64,000 bases of DNA, from the NCBI RefSeq assembly GCF_009914755.1, contig NC_060930.1; one strand, given 5' to 3'. The translations under genes and the position numbers were made by a program. Each line of letters starts with the position of its first letter. Within the stretch, counting starts at the first letter, position 1. The notes below the pieces were generated by a model. That model was not told the DNA's origin. It was given only the letters and a program-made list of their open reading frames with translations, and searched no databases. This stretch comes from the human T2T-CHM13v2.0 reference genome, Homo sapiens. Positions 1 to 10,735 of the stretch are shown piece by piece.

Positions 1-58
1 TTTTAAAAGCATTATTTGGTTTTTGCTTGATGAATTGTTTAAATTCCTTATAAACTGT
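1..58 (-). mobile_element. Inverted L1 ORF2 3' fragment (5'-inversion arm of the adjacent L1; continues left of window)
   Basis: ttatttggtttttgcttgatgaattgtttaaattccttataaactgtgg is the reverse complement of L1 ...ccagaatctataaggaacttaaacaaatcaacaagcaaaaaacaaataa; it abuts a sense L1 3' end. Confidence 0.65.
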
Positions 59-427
59 GGCCATAAAAAATAAATAAAATTATGTCCTTTGCAGCAACAT
101 GGATGCAGCTGGAAGCCATCACCCCAAGTGAATTAATGCAAAAACAGAAAACTGAGTGATCCATGTTCTCACTTATAAGTGGGAGCTAAACATGGGGCAC
201 ATATGGACATAAAGATAAGAATAATAGACACTGGGGACTACTAGAAGGAGGAGAGGGGTAAAGAGTAAGGGCTGAAAATCTACCTTTTGGGTACTATGCT
301 TGCTAACTGGGTAACAGGATCACTTGTACCCCAAACCTCAGTGTCACACAATATACCAGTGTAACAAATCTGTACATGTACCCCCGAATCTAAAATTAAA
401 GTTGAAATTATAAACGATACAAAAAAA
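59..427 (+). mobile_element. L1PA15/16-like 3' end (ORF2 tail and 3'UTR)
   Basis: gcagcaacatggatgcagctgga...ctcacttataagtgggagctaaac...ctggggactactag...taccccaaacctcag...aaagttgaaatta, then A tail. Confidence 0.85.
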
Positions 428-454
428 GCATTAAATCTTAAAGGAAAATAAAAC

Positions 455-1230
455 GTTAAACTTCATAAAAATTAAGAATTTCTCTCTTCAAAAGACACAA
501 TTAATAAAATGAAAAGGCAAGCCAGAAACTAAGAGATAGTAGTGACACAAAAAAAACCTGAAAAATGACTTAAGTACAGAATATTTTAAGAACTCCCGTA
601 AATTGGTAATAAAAATAAACAACGTAATTTAAAAAGTGCAAAAGATTTAAACAGACTCTTGGCAAAACAAGATAAATGACAAATAACATATGAAAAGGTG
701 TTTAATGCCATTATGCATCAGGGAAATGCAAATTGATACCACCACAAGATCTCATTTGTCATGCACTAGAATTATTAAAATGAGAAAGAAAAAAATGACA
801 ACACCAGATGCATGTGAGGGTAAAGAACAACTGGAATTCTTATATATTGTTGAAGAGAGTATAAAATGGTTCAACCACATTGGAAAATGATTGATTTGGC
901 AGTTTCATGCAACATTAAATATACATTTACACTGTGACCCACCAATTTCACTCTCAGTTATTTCAAAAAGAAGTAAAAACATATATCCACTCAAAAAAAA
1001 AGATTTCTACAAGATTTTTTATAGCCACATTACTCATAATAGTAGAAAACTGGAAGAAACCCAAATGTTTCTCAGTAGAAGGTTACACAAAAAAGTGTGG
1101 CTTATTCTTATAGTGGAAGTTGATTTGTTAATAAAAAATAATTAACCCCTAATACATATGAGAATATTAAAAAATGCACAAACATTATGATAACCAAAAG
1201 AAACCAGGAACAAAACTTTGTCGTTTCACT
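455..1230 (+). mobile_element. Old L1M (L1MC/MD/ME-like) ORF2 3' fragment
   Basis: Degenerate ORF2 C-terminal peptide MKRC...IREMQI..T (ORF 690-890); L1-like aactggaagaaacccaaatgt. Confidence 0.75.
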
Positions 1231-1589
1231 GTATGCAAATTTTACAATTAAATCATGTGATGCAGTTTTTTAAAATGTCTATGATTAAAACAATGGAAAA
1301 AAAGTTACCAAAGAAATTGATAAAATATGTAAACATATAGTTTGTGATTCTTTAAAAAATATTACATAAATATAATTGAAGGAAGAATTAGAAAAATATG
1401 TAGACCAAAAAATGATAAATGGTTAATATAATTACTATTTATAGACCTAATACAAAAATTTGAAAATCACTGAAACTGAAATAAATGGATAAAAGTCTTA
1501 AACAATTTGCAAAGAGAATATGCAATTAAGCAAAGATGCCTAACTTTATATTCTTGTTAAACGATTCTCTTCTTAGTTCTTTGAAACAT

Positions 1590-1970
1590 ACAACAGTGGT
1601 CCTAGCCTCCCTTGCAGCTACTGGTGGCCATAGGACACAAGAAAAAATATATTTTTTTCCCTTTTCTTCTTCTTGCTTTTCCTTCTTTTTTCTCCCAGAA
1701 CAAAAAAAAAAAAAAAAAAGCAGATCGGTACTATAGCTGCTGTATTGTGACCACAAGGCAGCAAGAATGACGGCAAAAGTCAGGATATTCAGGATGGCGA
1801 AGTGAAGATATAAAAAGAACTTGTGTTTCTAATGTTGCTTTTGAGCAGTTGAATCAATTTCACTCTTGTTATGTGAGGAAATGCCATGTGAGAAAAATAA
1901 TGCTCACACTTCCTTAAACCACAACTACGTTTTCTGTTATTTTTGGCCAAAGACATTTCTTACCAATACA
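1590..1970 (+). mobile_element. MaLR LTR relic (MLT1J/K-like)
   Basis: cagcctcccttgcagct-like start, aggatggcgaag core, ttctgtta...ccaaaga...aataca end typical of old MLT1. Confidence 0.55.
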
Positions 1971-2385
1971 CCAATAAACATTTGAAAAGCATTCAGTATC
2001 AAAGAATAGTAAAGCTATGCAACAAAAATATTTCATTTTTTATCTTTCAAATTGCAAATACTTTTAAGAAATGAAACTATTCAATAGGATGAACTCAAAT
2101 ATGCATTTTTTTAATTTACTACAAGAGGGAATGTAAATTTAGACCTATGTTTTGGAGATCACTGCAATAATATGTAGAGGCCACAAATGCTGTTTTAATC
2201 TAGTTTATTATTTTTTGTCACTGTATTATATATTACAATCATCATTAATAATTGTTTGTAACATAGAATTCCATTTGCTCACAGCTGTCATTCAAGAATA
2301 GTGGCTTATGTTTTTCTCTCACCTTCCAAATCTCTCACTTGTGCTTCTCATTGACAGAATGTTACCTACAACACTACAGGTCAGG

Positions 2386-2438
2386 GATTCTGGGACATGT
2401 AGTTCCCAAGAAAATGATTTTAGGCAATGTAGTTCCCA
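2386..2438 (-). promoter_or_regulatory. Tandem ACTAYRnnnCCCR (M4; ZNF143/THAP11-type) motifs
   Basis: Reverse complement AACTACATGTCCCAGAATC (2386-2404) is a full match; second copy ACTACATTGCCTA lies 30 bp away. Confidence 0.45.
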
Positions 2439-2974
2439 TAGTGAAGAATCAAACAATGAATTGAGAAAAGCCAATTCAGCCCAACACAGAAATGGCTAAG
2501 TGAATTGTGGACACAAATGCAGTTCAGAAGGTCATGTTTACTCCTCCAGTATCCTGAAATACATTACATGGTTGAAGCAAACAGAATATTATATCCATCT
2601 CTTAAAAACTTGTAAGTTATGAAAAATTCTGCTGTAACAGAAACCTATTCAACATTGCCTAACCCACCTTAGACAAAACTTAACTGGCTAGAACACATAT
2701 TAGGAAATAGTAATGTATTTCATAAATATTAAATTATTTACAAAGTTTTTTAATATGGAAAATGTATTATAAAATATACATAAAACTGAAATTTAAAAAG
2801 CATGAGATAAAAATGTAAGTACAATTTCCAACACTTCTCTTCCAAGGCTCAGCTTATTAATTTTTACATCCCCTGGAGTCTGCCCACTCCTCCATGGAAA
2901 CCATGGTTATTCTAAAATGTAATTGTTTATACCTTGCAACCCCCAACTACCACCAGCAGCATCACAATGGAAAC

Positions 2975-3096
2975 CTTAAAAGAAGCAGACATAGTGTCTA
3001 TCTTATTCACAGCTGTATCTTTAGTACCTAGAAAAATTCTTGGCTAATATTAAGTAATTGTTGAACAAATGAGTAAACTTATAAATGAATGAATGA
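2975..3096 (+). mobile_element. L2 3' end
   Basis: tatcttattcacagctgtatctttagtacctag...tgttgaacaaatgagt...gaatgaatga tail. Confidence 0.65.
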
Positions 3097-3954
3097 GATG
3101 CTGTTATGATAGAGCTTCTGTTACCTCATAGGAAAGACAAATAATGGGACAGGGAATGTTCTTCAGAAAAATGTTTCTGGGCCAAGATTGAGTGGTAATT
3201 AAGCACTACCTAGCCAAAAGAAGGAATGGGCATTTCTGAGGAATTAGGAGCAACCTAGGGAGAGAATTGAGATGATTGTGGTTGAAGAGAAATCAATATA
3301 AGTGGAGAGCAGGCTGTGTAGTGAGGTCAGTAATAGTGACTTCAAAAGGATAGCCAAGGTTTGGGTGAGAAAAGATTTTATGTACCATGATGAGGAGTTG
3401 AAATTTTTCCAATTTTTGCAATCTGGGAAAACTTTCTTGGGAGCAAAATCTAAAATAAGAGGTAAAATTTGAGTTGAAAATGTTAAAAATTGCATTGAAC
3501 CAGATGAGAAATAAACAGAGAATGACTTAAAGCATTAAGGGGAGGGGTTTATATAGAGAATACAAAAAAAATCTGCATCACAAATTGAATATAAAGTATT
3601 GAAATAGGAAAGGAAAGACAATACTATGGCCTAGGCTAGAAACCTGAGTAGATGGTGATATTAAACAACAAGAAGGAAGTAATAATAACCACGACAGAAC
3701 ATACTAATGCTGGCTTATTCATTGAGTGCCTGTTTCAGAAGCGAGTGTGAGGCATGAGGGTTGCTCCTTTACCTTCTCATAACCAAGTTAGAGATCACTG
3801 AATGATTACAGATCTCTTTCTTAATAATCTTGGACATTTCCTCATAGCTCTCCCTAACAGAACACTCCAATGGTTACTGTCAGAGTCAACATGCCAATAG
3901 AAATTTCATGGTCATCCTTAGCTTATTATGTTTCCAGCACTCAAAAGAAACCTT

Positions 3955-3974
3955 CATATATATATACACACACA

Positions 3975-4019
<45 letters not shown>

Positions 4020-4117
4020 ATATATATGTATATATAGATATATAGGGAGATATATATGCATATATAGATATATAAAGAGATATATATCCCTATTTATAGA
4101 TATTTAGATACATATAT
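3955..4117. repeat. (TA)n/(CA)n microsatellite with TA-rich degenerate tail
   Basis: Directly visible. Confidence 0.95.
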
Positions 4118-4119
4118 AG

Positions 4120-4240
4120 CCCTATTTAATCATTGCAACAAACATTTTATTGTATTCATTTTATAAATGATGAAACTGGCATTTAGTGTAGTGAGTATAG
4201 AAGCAAGCTATAATCTCAAGTCTCTCTGACTCTATAGCTT
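4120..4240 (-). mobile_element. MIR SINE
   Basis: cattttataaatgatgaaactgg core and gtctctctgactc. Confidence 0.55.
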
Positions 4241-4599
4241 AGACACACACATGCCCCTCCCCTCAAAGCCCATCTTGCCCAGTCTCAAACCCCACTCTTG
4301 GAATGAAGCAGGTGACCACCTAGATAACAAAGTCTTCCCTAGATACTTCTATCTACAGAACTACCTCTGGAACCTCCAGTAAAGATTTCTAGGAGGGAAT
4401 TTAACAGGTCTGTGGTTCAGGAACACTGCAGGGGCTTCAAAAGTAGGTTTGGAGGCCATGAGCACGCAGGTAATAGTTGAAGTTATAGATGAGATCACCA
4501 AGAAACAGGTATAGAGTGAGAAGAGAGGAGAGGAGAGCAGAAGAGGGCACAAATAGAAGTAATTCAAGGATTTGCCTAGGAGCTGATAGGAAGAGATGT

Positions 4600-4812
4600 T
4601 ATTTTCCTCTAAATTTGGACCAGAGGTCACCATGCAGAGCCTAGGACTAAGAACAACATCCTGGAAAGCAGAGCCAGTATATGAAGAGAGACCCAGTGCT
4701 GCATCTTTACCTATCCCAGGGTTTTTTAGGTATGTGAGCCAATATATTCTGTTTTTTATCTAAGCTGATTAGTACTGGGTTTCTGACACCTGCACCTGAA
4801 AGATCCTGACCA
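4600..4812 (+). mobile_element. MaLR LTR 3' part (MLT1I/J-like)
   Basis: tatgtgagccaata...gggtttctgacacctgcacctgaaagatcctgac end motif. Confidence 0.55.
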
Positions 4813-5001
4813 CTGCCTTTCCTCATCAAGATGCTGCAAGCATCAAATGATAAAACCAGTGGAGAAAAATCTCATGAATTTCTGTCATAGAATAGGTTTT
4901 CCATAGCCATTAGCTAACCTTTCCTCAGTGACCCTTCAAGTCGTGAATGCCAGACTTTCCACCCATTATAACAGCCTCTTAAACTGGCTGTGCATGATCT
5001 A

Positions 5002-5056
5002 TTAGGTTGGTGCAAAAGTAATGGCAAAAACCGCAACTGCTTTTACACCAACCTAA
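5002..5056. mobile_element. MADE1 (Hsmar1-derived mariner MITE), internally deleted
   Basis: TIRs ttaggttggtgcaaaagtaat / ttttacaccaacctaa; TA on the left flank. Confidence 0.9.
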
Positions 5057-5329
5057 TTCTTGGATACCATTTTTCTCACTATAAAAATCACATACTGTCT
5101 AGCTGGAGGATGGTAAAGGTTATCCTATGTTATCAGATAATGAACAGTTGGTGGGAAGGGCTCATAGTTTAAGCATCTTATTCTTGTTACTATTGACAGA
5201 GTCTATTGCTGATAGTATCCAGTGCATCAAAGAAGCACCATACATGTTAGTTTAATGAACATGACATCAGAAGCTTTTCCTCATGTGCTGTACACATCAT
5301 CCGTTTAAGATAAGATTTCCAGACCTCAA

Positions 5330-5980
5330 AGGAAAGACTTGATACTTTTGCAGAGAGACATTCTAAAGCTTCACATGGATCTGACTGAAGTCAATGTTTT
5401 CATACATCATACTAAGATTGTTAGCATAATTGCATAAATAAGCAGTGATAGACTCTATCATTAAGGATTTGAAACATCCCTTAGGTCTCAATATCTGAGA
5501 TAAAACTGTAATGCATATTGCTTGAAAAGAAGAGAATTATTTTAGGAAAAATCTGTTTCACCACCTAAGATGGATGCTGTAGATGTTCAGTTTTCCAGTC
5601 TTGCCAGTCGCAGTGATTTCCTTTTGCTTTTTTACATTGCTGCCAATGTGTGTGTTAAAGTCTTCTGTGATATACAGCTTGCCAGGTGTAGCTGAGTTAA
5701 CTTTCTTAAGTTCATGGAATTGTTCTTTTGTCTCATTGGTATTCATTATAATAAAAACCTACACTCTGTGTTAATTTTCAATTCCCCAGGTAGCGTTTTT
5801 CACTGTTATGAGGTGAACCTAATTCCACAGTTGGCCATTAAACACCTGTGCTTAAATCATGGGTATCTTGCTTCTTTCCCTTGAAATAACTTCTGGATTA
5901 ACATTACATTCCAGATATACTGAAATTTATGTGATAGCTGACCTCATGATCTCAACCTTTACTGACCAAATAGGCAGACT
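5330..5980 (-). mobile_element. Ancient RTE-clade LINE (L4/MamRTE-like) endonuclease relic
   Basis: ORF 5558-5746: ETKEQFHELKKV...P.KLYITEDFNTHIGS...GKTGKLN resembles APE-endonuclease motifs (EKEQFY..L; GDFNA.IG; G.G..N.NG); TSVRSM*S downstream. Confidence 0.55.
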
Positions 5981-6734
5981 TTGGCATTAAGAATGAATGA
6001 AGCTGAATGATATGTAACAACGTCAACAGATTTTATTCTTTTTGGTGACAAAAAAAGTAAATGTACCCATGCTCTCTAAGACATGCTGTTTGATCAGGAA
6101 GAAGGCAAAAAGCATTCTAATCTTTCATCACAATGCCCTTCAGAAACATCAGCGTGTGTGCATGCATATACTGTTATCTTTTGAAACTAATAAAAATCAG
6201 TCACTGAGGAAACGTACTGACATCTATCAAAAGTAGGGCTGTTCTCAGTCCGCGATGCTCACCATGAGCAGAGACGTAGAGTGATGTACAAAAACTTACC
6301 AGGCAGAACCCATAGACCATATAATCTTCACAAAAGCTAGAAAAACCAGTTTTTGGACAATGTGACATTTTACAGAACACATTCAAGTTAGTACTCTCAT
6401 GAGGGGAAAAGCCCATAAACCAAAAGTTTCATGCACAGCATGATTTTGGAAAGGACAGAGAATAGTAAGATACAATCTATTGGATGCAGTAATATTTCTG
6501 CTAACGTGAAATTCCAGTCTATATTATTGAATGAACAATAATCCAAAGGAGAGCTACATTTTATTAGGTTAAGAAAATGGAAATGACTTTGTGCTTTTCT
6601 CAATAAAATGTGAATTATTTTAAAAGCCCATGAAGTTATTAATGTCTTTGCCTGAATGTCAGATACTAAGAAAATCAGAGGCAATATTTTTTAAACAAAT
6701 TTTGCTTTTCTGGCAAATTCGCTTGGTGAAAATG

Positions 6735-7060
6735 AAGACTGGGTCTGTGTCTTCTTGTTTGTGTTTCCCACAGTGACTAGCACACAATGGGCTCTACGTA
6801 ATAAATGTTACATACAAATGAGATGACAATTGGTTGATTAAAGGACCCAGTTCAGATGTCAACGCTGCCATGAAATCCTCCAACCTACCTTTCTCACTTC
6901 AAAAGTTCTATAGCACAGCCCTTGCTCCTCTCGTTCATCAGGTTCTAGAATTCTGTCTTGAAAAAAGATTCTACCTTCCTAGCTTTTGCATTGCCACAAC
7001 ATTTTACACACAATAAGTGCAGACTCATTACAAATAGGAAAAAATGAAATCATTGAATAA
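6735..7060 (+). mobile_element. L2 3' fragments
   Basis: tgtgtcttcttg...cccacagtgactagcacaca...aataaatgtt; cagttcagatgtca...atgaaatcctcc. Confidence 0.5.
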
Positions 7061-7224
7061 ATAATCCTAACCCTCACCCATTTGCATTTAGATGCTAATT
7101 TCTTTTTTCTAAGCTGACAGTCTCATTCCTGCTGAAAGATAACTCTGGAAGAAGAAATGACTTGACACAGGAAAAGGGACAGACTAAAGGGAACACAAAA
7201 ACAAGTATCTAACACAGTCATCCA

Positions 7225-7362
7225 CCACAGCCACATTATTTTCCAGATAAATAAACTGAGGGCCAGAAAAATGAAGCAGCTTGTCCCAAGCTACTTTATG
7301 GCAGTGGCAGAACTGGAACCCAGTGCTCTGATTACTATGTTAGGGCACTTTTCACTCAACTC
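7225..7362 (-). mobile_element. MIR SINE
   Basis: ttttccagataaataaactgagggccaga...gcttgtcccaag...gtggcagaactggaacccag. Confidence 0.7.
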
Positions 7363-8103
7363 TGCTGATGCTGAAAAATGTAAACCTCAATAGGACTTGG
7401 AATGTGTAATTTCTTTCATTCAGTTTGTATCATTCATTTGCCACCCACATTTGATTATTTGTATGGGCTCTCTATGTCTTTTTCCCAAATTTCCTACATA
7501 AAATAATAATACATTGATTAGAAACAGAAAAAAGAAAAAGAAAATAACAAATGAGTGAAATGAACATGAATGCTGTTCTGTAAATAAGTTCTTGTTGTTC
7601 CTTTAAAGTGTTCTTTATTTTTAAACTTTCTATAACAATATGTCTTATCTCCCTAATTAGCTGAAGACAGGGGCTATGTAAATACTTATTCCTATCACTG
7701 TGTCAGCTGGCAATAAAGTATGTCTACCAGGCTATTCTAGTCATTGAGGGTCCTGGAGGAATTTCACAGAAGGCAAATTAAGCACATATTGAACACATTA
7801 GCTAAGGGGGGAATTAAAAATTAGTGAAGTACAACTTTGGCAAAACTACTCATAATTTGACAATCAAATAAATCTAAAATTAGTTTTCAATGAAAATACT
7901 AATTTCAGCATTTATGAAAGTTTTATGCCTTTGAGTTTGGCTTATTTTCTTTTTTAAAAAAAAAGTATGAAATGCATATAGCAAAGAATAGAAGGTGAGG
8001 CACTGTTCTCTTTCTCAGGGCCGAGGGCTTCTAAGACATTTAATTCTGCTGTGCTGAGGCAAAGAAGAGCAATGGTCAAGAAGACCAAACAAGATAATAC
8101 ATG

Positions 8104-9050
8104 TGTTAGGGACAGGGGGCAGAGAAATTCTAGGCAGAAAAGTGTGGGTTCCAGGCAAAACCCCACTCTCAAGCCAAAAAGCCTGAAACCACAGCCCAAA
8201 GGGAGAACTTCTATCCCTGTTTTCCCACTCAAATGTTGCCTTTTCCTAAACCACCCACGGCCCCACCTGGCCACATCCTATGCCCATAAAAACCCCAGAC
8301 TCAGCCAGTAGATGGGACTACAGCTGGACGTTGGAGATAAGCAGCTTCACTTCAGACAGACAGCTTGACAGTGTAACTTCAGAGAAGAATCTGGCCAGAG
8401 ATGGCTGGACTTCAGGGGAAGATTACCTTCCCACCCTGTCCCCTTTTCACCTCCTCTTCCTGCTGACAGCCACTTTCATTGGCAATAAAACCCCCCCACA
8501 TTTATCATCCTTCAATTCATTCATGCAACCTCATTTTTTCTGGACACCAGACAAGAGCTCTGGAGCCACAAGTATGGATAAAAAAGGCTGTCACACTTGT
8601 CCTTTGCCCTCGCTGGCAGAGGACAGCCACCTCACATGAAAATGCAAAGAGTCCACTGAGCTGTTAACACTTAAGCCATCCATGGATGGCAGAGCTAAAA
8701 GAGCACTGTAATACACCCTCTGGAGCTTCAGTAGTCACAGGCACCCCTGCCTGGATGCTGCCATGAGGCCTGTACAGAGTTCACTCTTGCCAGTGCTAAA
8801 CCATCTGGCTGGTTCCTGCACCTGCTCACCTGCATGGTCCCTCCCACAAAGGGTGGAACGCAGCAGGTCCAAGTGAGTGGAGTTTGGTCCCGCTGGTGCC
8901 AAAGGGGCCAGCCAGTTCCAGCACTTGTTCACTCCAGTTCCTGCACTCATTCACTCACACGCCCCCTCCCACAAGGAGTTGAGAGCAGCGGACCCTTGTG
9001 GCACCCTTGCCTCGAATCCCACAAACAGGTCAGGGAAATATCCTGCTTTA
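8104..9050 (+). mobile_element. ERV1 solo LTR, LTR1/LTR27/LTR28 group, inserted in a MIR 3' end
   Basis: Starts tgttagggacagg..., ends cagggaaatatcctgctt(c>t)a; 4-bp TSD CATG (8100-8103/9051-9054); AATAAA near 8484; flanks rejoin as MIR tail gataatacatg|tatgtgctttgaacaacatctggcaca. Confidence 0.85.
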
Positions 9051-10329
9051 CATGTATGTGCTTTGAACAACATCTGGCACAAAGTAATATCTTAATAAAT
9101 TTGAAGCATTATTATGAGAGACCATTATTTTAATCTAACCAGGCACAGTCTCAGGCCTCACAGAGCTTACTTGTTTGTGTATGTTTAATAAATTTTAACT
9201 TGGAAATTCAAAGTGAAACCAAATGTAATATTACTACCTATTTTATGTTTAAAACCAAATAAATGGAACATTGGAAAAAATAAAGCAGGTAGCTTATAAT
9301 TTGATTTAAAAAGAAAAGAAATTTTTTAAGTTTGGCATTATCATTTTCTAATCTCTGCACTAATTCTCAATTTTTTTTCAATATAACTAAACCTTTAACA
9401 GATCTAAATTTCACCTGAGGAAAAAAGTCAATCTCCTCACCAGTGCAAAAAATAATATTGCCAGCCTTACAGACTCTGATAAAAATTTTAGAATATGAAA
9501 TTCTTGCAATTACATGCATCTAAAATTTCACACACAGCAAAATACAGATGATTTTCACTAGAGCTGTTTCTATAAGATAATTCATTTCAGTATATTCATT
9601 GACAAAATATATTCTGAAGAAAAAGATTTCTTTACCACAATAGACTTTTAATTATAGAAACTGTCTTTAATTATAGAAATTGTATATATATATTTGGCAA
9701 GAATTTATTATCATAATTGGTTCTTTTTAAAATTACATTTTTTTAACTTGCTATAGGCTAAGGCAGCAAAGAAATATGGAAAAACAGTGCATATTTGGTG
9801 ATATCCATGTGGCTTTCTTTCTTTTCTTTAATTTCCTTTATAAGGCAATTTGGAATAAACAAAAGTGAACTAATAAAAATTCCCCATATGTTTTAACTTC
9901 AATTTGCAAATCCAGTTTTTGAAAAAACAGAATTTGTAGCCAACTTGCTCTAAATCAGATCACTCATCCTTCAAAGCAACCCACTTCTCTAGACAATCTA
10001 AAAACTAGCAATTTTGCCACTTTCACTGTCAGCAAATGCTTCTACAGAAATGCTGTGAATGTTTGTTGGGTGTGTTTTTTTCTTAAGTTTATGAAGCTGT
10101 TTAAACGACAAGTATTTCAATTTATGACTGAGCGTTCTATAGAGCTTAGTCTGTATAAACCATACCACTATTTAATATTCTAACTGCTAACAACATCTTC
10201 CAACACAAATGAACACATTTTTCTCCCACATTAGGGAATTTTTAGAGTAGCAATATGGCAACTCCAGGTGGTGTGGTTCTCCGTAGATAATCACTCCCTA
10301 TGGAAAGCTTCCCTCTTCAGAGGTGATGA

Positions 10330-10735
10330 TCACCAGACCTCAGTCATGCCTTCCTGCTTACATACATGCTGATGGCAGCAATCAGAAACATTTGTAAGGC
10401 CTGAGGAGCATACAGAATTTATGTTCTTTGCCTATTTGTTAATAATAAAAACTACTAACTCTGCTGGCAAGGCTGTATACACTTTTACAGTCATCATAAT
10501 TAAAAAGTTTTAGTATGTGGTTTTGTGTTGCGACACCATCAATCAAAGTCCATTTTCTGACATTTGTAGCAGAGGCAATATGTTCCACATAGGTTATTTC
10601 TGGAATTGTATTGCTTACTGTAATAGAGTCCTGTCATGTAGCTCTATTGCACCAACTTCACCTGCTCTGCTGCAGCTGCCTGTGCTTTGTCCACTTGTAT
10701 AATCTCTCAAGCGTGCACAAAGTAGACCGATGGAG
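10330..10735 (-). mobile_element. Putative ancient non-L1 LINE reverse-transcriptase relic (L4/RTE-like)
   Basis: Manual minus-strand translation with frameshifts gives LERLYKWT..RQL..EQV, NRAT.QDSI, NVRK.DFD...KL and GLTN...KQEG in RT motif order. Confidence 0.35.

Noticed and set aside
7954-9133. Cluster of 60-119 aa ORFs
   Set aside because: They lie within or across a solo LTR; no gag, pol or env motifs.
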